Positions 61,001-64,000 of a DNA stretch of 64,000 nucleotides are shown in pieces. Positions within the stretch are counted from its first letter, which is position 1. The number at the start of each line of letters is the position of its first letter. The notes under the pieces were generated by a model. The model searched no databases, was not told where the DNA came from, and saw only the letters and a program-made list of their open reading frames with translations. Made by a program: the position numbers and the translations under genes. The DNA is from Eledone cirrhosa (Eukaryota), in NCBI GenBank assembly GCA_964016885.1, contig OZ024743.1, positions 138,012,001 to 138,076,000 on the forward strand. Reading direction: 5' to 3'.

Positions 61001-64000
61001 GTGCTTGGTGCTTGGTGCTTGGTGTTAGGCGTTTGGTGCTTGGTGCTTGGTGATTGATGTTTGGTCCTTGGTGCTTGGTGTTTGGTATTTGGTGCTTGGT
61101 GCTTGGTGCTTGGTGTTTGGTGTTTGGTGCTTGTTGCTTGCTGCTTGGTGTTTGGAGCTAGGGGCTTGGTGCTTGGTGCTTGGTGTTTGGTGCTTGGTGC
61201 TTGGTGTTTGGTGTTTGGTGCTTGGTGCGTGGGACTTGGTGTTTGGTGCTTGGTGTTTGGAGTTTGGTGTTTGGTGCTTGGTGCCTGGTGCTTGGTGTTT
61301 GGTGTTTGGTGCTTGGTGTTTTGTGTTTGGAGTTTGGTGCTTGGTGTTTGGTGCTTCGGTCTTGGTGTTTGGTGTTTGGTGATTGCTGCTTGGTGCTTGG
61401 TGTTTGGTGCTTGGTGCTTGGTGATTTGTGTTTGGTGCTTGGTGTTTGGTGCTTGGTGCTTGCTGTTTAGTGTTTGGTGTTTGGTTCTTGGTGCTTGGTG
61501 TTTGGTGTTTGGTGTCTGGTGCTTGGTGCTTGGTGCTTGGTGTTTGGTGCTTGGTGCTTGGTGCTTGGTGTTTGGTGCTGCGTGCTTGGTGTTTGGTGTT
61601 TGGTGCTTGGTGCCTGGTGCTTGTTGTTTGGTGTTTGGTGCTTAGTGCTTGGTGTTTGGTGTTTGGTGCTTGGTGCTTGGTGGCTGGTGCTTGGTGCTTG
61701 GTGTTTGGAGTTTGGTGCTTGGTGCTTGGTGCCTGGTGTTTCGTGCTTGGTGCTTGGTGCTTGGTGTTTGGTGTTTAGTGCTTGGTGTTTGGTGTTTGGT
61801 ACTTGGTGCTTGGTGCTTGGTGCTTGGTGTTTGGTGCTTGGTGTTTGATGCTGCGTGCTTGGTGTTTGGTGTTTGGTGCTTGGTGCTTGGTGTTTGGTGT
61901 TTGGAGCTTGGTTCCTGCTGCTTGTTGTTTGGTGTTTGGTGCTTGGTGCTTGGTGTTTGGTGTTTGGTGCTTGGTGTTTGGTGCTTGGTATCTGGTGTTT
62001 GGTGCTTGATGTTTGGTGTTTGGTGCTTGGTGCTTGGTGCTTGGTGTTTGGTGTTTGGTGCTTGGTGCTTGGTGTTTGGTGCTTGGTGTTTGGTGTTTGG
62101 TGTTTGATGCTTGGTGTTTGCTGCTTGGTGCTTGGTGCTTGGTGTTTTGTGTTTGGTGCTTGGTGCCTGGTGCCTGGTGCTTGGTGCTTGGTGCTTGTTG
62201 TTTGGTGCTTGGTGCTTGGTGATTAGTGTTTGGTGCTTGGTGCTTGCGGTTTGATGTTTGGTGCCTGGGGTTTGGAGTTTGGTGCTTGGTGCTTGGTGTT
62301 TGGTGCTTGGTGCTTGGTGTTTGGTGTTTGGTGCTTGGTGCTTGGTGTTTGGTGCTTGGTGCTTGGTGTTTGGTGCTTGGTGTTTGGTGCTTGGTGCTTG
62401 GTGCTTGGTGCTTGGTGTTAGGTGTTTGGTGCTTGGTGCTTCGTGTTTGATGTTTGGTCCTTGGTGTTTGGTGTTTGGTGCTTGCTGCTTGCTGCTTGGT
62501 GTTTGGTGCTTGGTGATTGGTGCTTGGTGTTTTGTGCTTGGTGCTTGATGTTTGGTGTTTGGTGCTAGGGGCTTGGTGCTTGGTGCTTGGTGTTTGGTGC
62601 TTGGTGCTTGCTGTTTGGTGTTTGGTGCTTGGTGCTTGGTGCTTGGTGTTTGGTGCTTGGTGCTTGCTGTTTGGTGTTTGGTCCTTGGTGCTTGGTGTTT
62701 GGTGTTTGGTGCTTGGTGCTTGGTGTTTGGTGCTTGGTGCTTGGTGTTTGGTGTTTGGTGGTTGGTGCTTGGGGCTTGGTGTTTGGTGCTTGGTGCTTGG
62801 TGTTTGGTGCTTGGTGCTTGGGGCTTGGTAGTTGGTGCTTGGTGCTTGGTGCCTGGTGTTTGGTGTTTGGTGTTTGGTGCTTGGTGTTTGGTGCTTGGTG
62901 CTTGGTGCTGGGTGGTTGGTGTTTGGTGCTTGGTGCTTGGTGTTTGGTGCTTGGTGCTTGGTGCTTGTTGTTTGGTGCTTGGTGCTTGGTGCTTGGTCTT
63001 TGGTGCATGGTGTTTGGTGTTTGGCGCTTGGTGCTTGGTGCTTGGTGTTTGGTGCTTGGTGCTTGGTGCTTGGTGTTTGGTGCTTGGTTCTTGGTGATTA
63101 GTGTTTGTTGCTTGGTGCTTGGGGTTTGGTGGTTGGCGCTTGGTGTTTGGTGTTTGGTGTTTGGTGTTTGGTGTTTGGTGTTTGCTGTTTGGTGTCTGCT
63201 TTTTGGTGTTTGGTGTTTGCTGTATGGTGTTTGCTGTTTCGTATTTGGTTTTTGCTGTTTGGTGTTTGGTGTTTGCTGTTTTGTGTTTGGTGTTTGGTGC
63301 TTGGTGCTTGGTGCTTGGTGTTTGGCGTTTGGTGCTTGGAGCTTGGTGTTTGGTGCTTGGTGATTGGTGTTTGGTGTTTGGTGCTTGGTGCCTGGTGCTT
63401 GTTGTATGGTGTTTGGTGCTTGGTGCTTGCTGTTTGGTGTTTGCTGCTTGGTGTCTGGTGTTTGGTGCTTGGTGTTTGGTGTTTGGTGCTTGGTGCTTGG
63501 TGCTTGGTGTTTGGTGTTTGGTGCTTGGTGTTTGGTGTTTGGTGCTGGGTGCATGGAGTTTGGTGCTTGGTGCTTAGTGCTTGGTGTTTGGTGTTTGGTG
63601 CTTGGTATTTGGTGTTTCGTGTTTGATGCTTGGTGTGTGGTGCTTGGTGCTTGGTGTTTTGTGTTTGGTGCTTGGTGCTTGGTGCCTGGTGCTTGGTGCT
63701 TGGTGCTTGTTGTTTGGTGCTTGGTGCTTGGTGATTAGTGTTTGGTGCTTGGTCCTTGGGGTTTGCTGTTTGGTGCGTGGTGCTTGGTATTTGGTGCTTG
63801 GTGCTTGGTGTTTGGTGTTTGGTGCTTGGAGTTTGGTGTTTGGTGCTTGGTGCTTGGTGCTTGGTGTTTGGTGCTTGGTGCTTGGTGTTTGGTGCTTGGT
63901 GCTTTGTGTTTGGTGCTTGGTGTTTGGTGCTTGGTGCTTGGTGCTTGGTGCTTGGTGTTAGGTGTTTGGTGCTTGGTGATTGGTGTTTGATGTTAGGTTC
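58086..64000 (+). repeat. Apparently perfect 3,220-bp (460-unit) tandem duplication: copy 1 ~58086-61305, copy 2 ~61306 to window end (truncated)
   Basis: ORF-track entries recur with identical translations at +3220 (58208/61428, 58429/61649, 59345/62565, 60522/63742). Rare units match (ctggggt-ttggagt near 59045/62265; ttggtag 59605/62825). The window end tgttaggttc equals 60771-60780. Confidence 0.95.

Larger units (their letters stand above)
1..64000 (+). repeat. Heptameric simple satellite array (TTGGTGY)n, ~9,140 units, extending to both window edges
   Basis: From base 1 the sequence parses as ttggtgc-ttggtgt-ttggtga-ttggagc-ttggtgc-ctggtgc... and keeps this unit to the end in one orientation. 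Position 7 alternates C/T; other positions carry sporadic substitutions. From the consensus the + strand is about 50% T, 43% G and 7% C, with A rare. Confidence 0.99.
49100..64000 (+). repeat. ~2.7-3.2 kb higher-order repeat, about five diverged copies
   Basis: Marker ttggggc-ttggtag has ttggtag at 50693, 53794, 56945, 59605 and 62825 (spacings 3101, 3151, 2660, 3220). Marker ctgcttt occurs at 50980, 54166, 57316, 59976 and 63196. Homologous ORF starts are at 51372, 54544, 57610, 60361 and 63581. Confidence 0.9.

Noticed and set aside
8-63990. Hundreds of + strand ORFs of (LVLGAWC/LVFGVWC)n resembling membrane proteins
   Set aside because: They overlap in all three frames with the same peptide, mostly start at TTG/GTG, and end wherever an A-containing variant creates a stop. 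They are translation artefacts of the heptamer.
1-64000. CRISPR array
   Set aside because: There are no 23-50 bp repeats separated by unique spacers and no cas genes.
1-64000. Bacterial heptamer repeats such as cyanobacterial STRR elements
   Set aside because: Those are short intergenic tracts between genes. A gene-free array of at least 64 kb with kilobase higher-order structure does not fit, although the source organism is not proven here.
1-64000. Canonical telomerase-made telomere tract
   Set aside because: The unit is not TTAGGG, TTTAGGG, TTAGG or TTGGGG, and kilobase patterns of rare variants are copied, which a short RNA template cannot do.
1-64000. Whole window as a sequencing or basecalling artefact
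   Set aside because: Rare substitutions and indels recur in identical contexts across diverged copies many kb apart, which random error would not produce. Local errors and copy-number misassembly remain possible.
1-64000. Inversions, hairpins, terminators, promoters or transposon insertions
   Set aside because: No RCACCAA-oriented segment or non-repeat sequence was seen on the + strand, and the A-poor strand cannot form extended Watson-Crick stems.

Overview
The whole 64 kb window is one uninterrupted head-to-tail tandem array of a 7-bp unit, TTGGTGY (TTGGTGC and TTGGTGT in roughly similar amounts; reverse complement RCACCAA), about 9,140 units. I found no unique sequence, gene, RNA gene, transposon, CRISPR array or inversion. 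All ORFs in the track are explained by translating a stop-poor heptamer. The informative signal is in rare variant units, which act as landmarks. They show nested duplications: local ones of 154-651 bp, an older ~1.2-1.4 kb variant module, and tandem or dispersed duplications of ~3.2, ~3.8, ~5.7-6.0 and ~8.2-8.6 kb. The two flanks (~1-20 kb and ~49-64 kb) share markers that the centre lacks. The 7-bp register is strongly conserved, with about 23 single-base indels, most of them inherited copies of a few events. This is most consistent with a eukaryotic simple satellite (centromeric, pericentromeric or subtelomeric), but organism and location cannot be determined from this window. Coordinates come from manual reading and ORF-track offsets; block boundaries are approximate.
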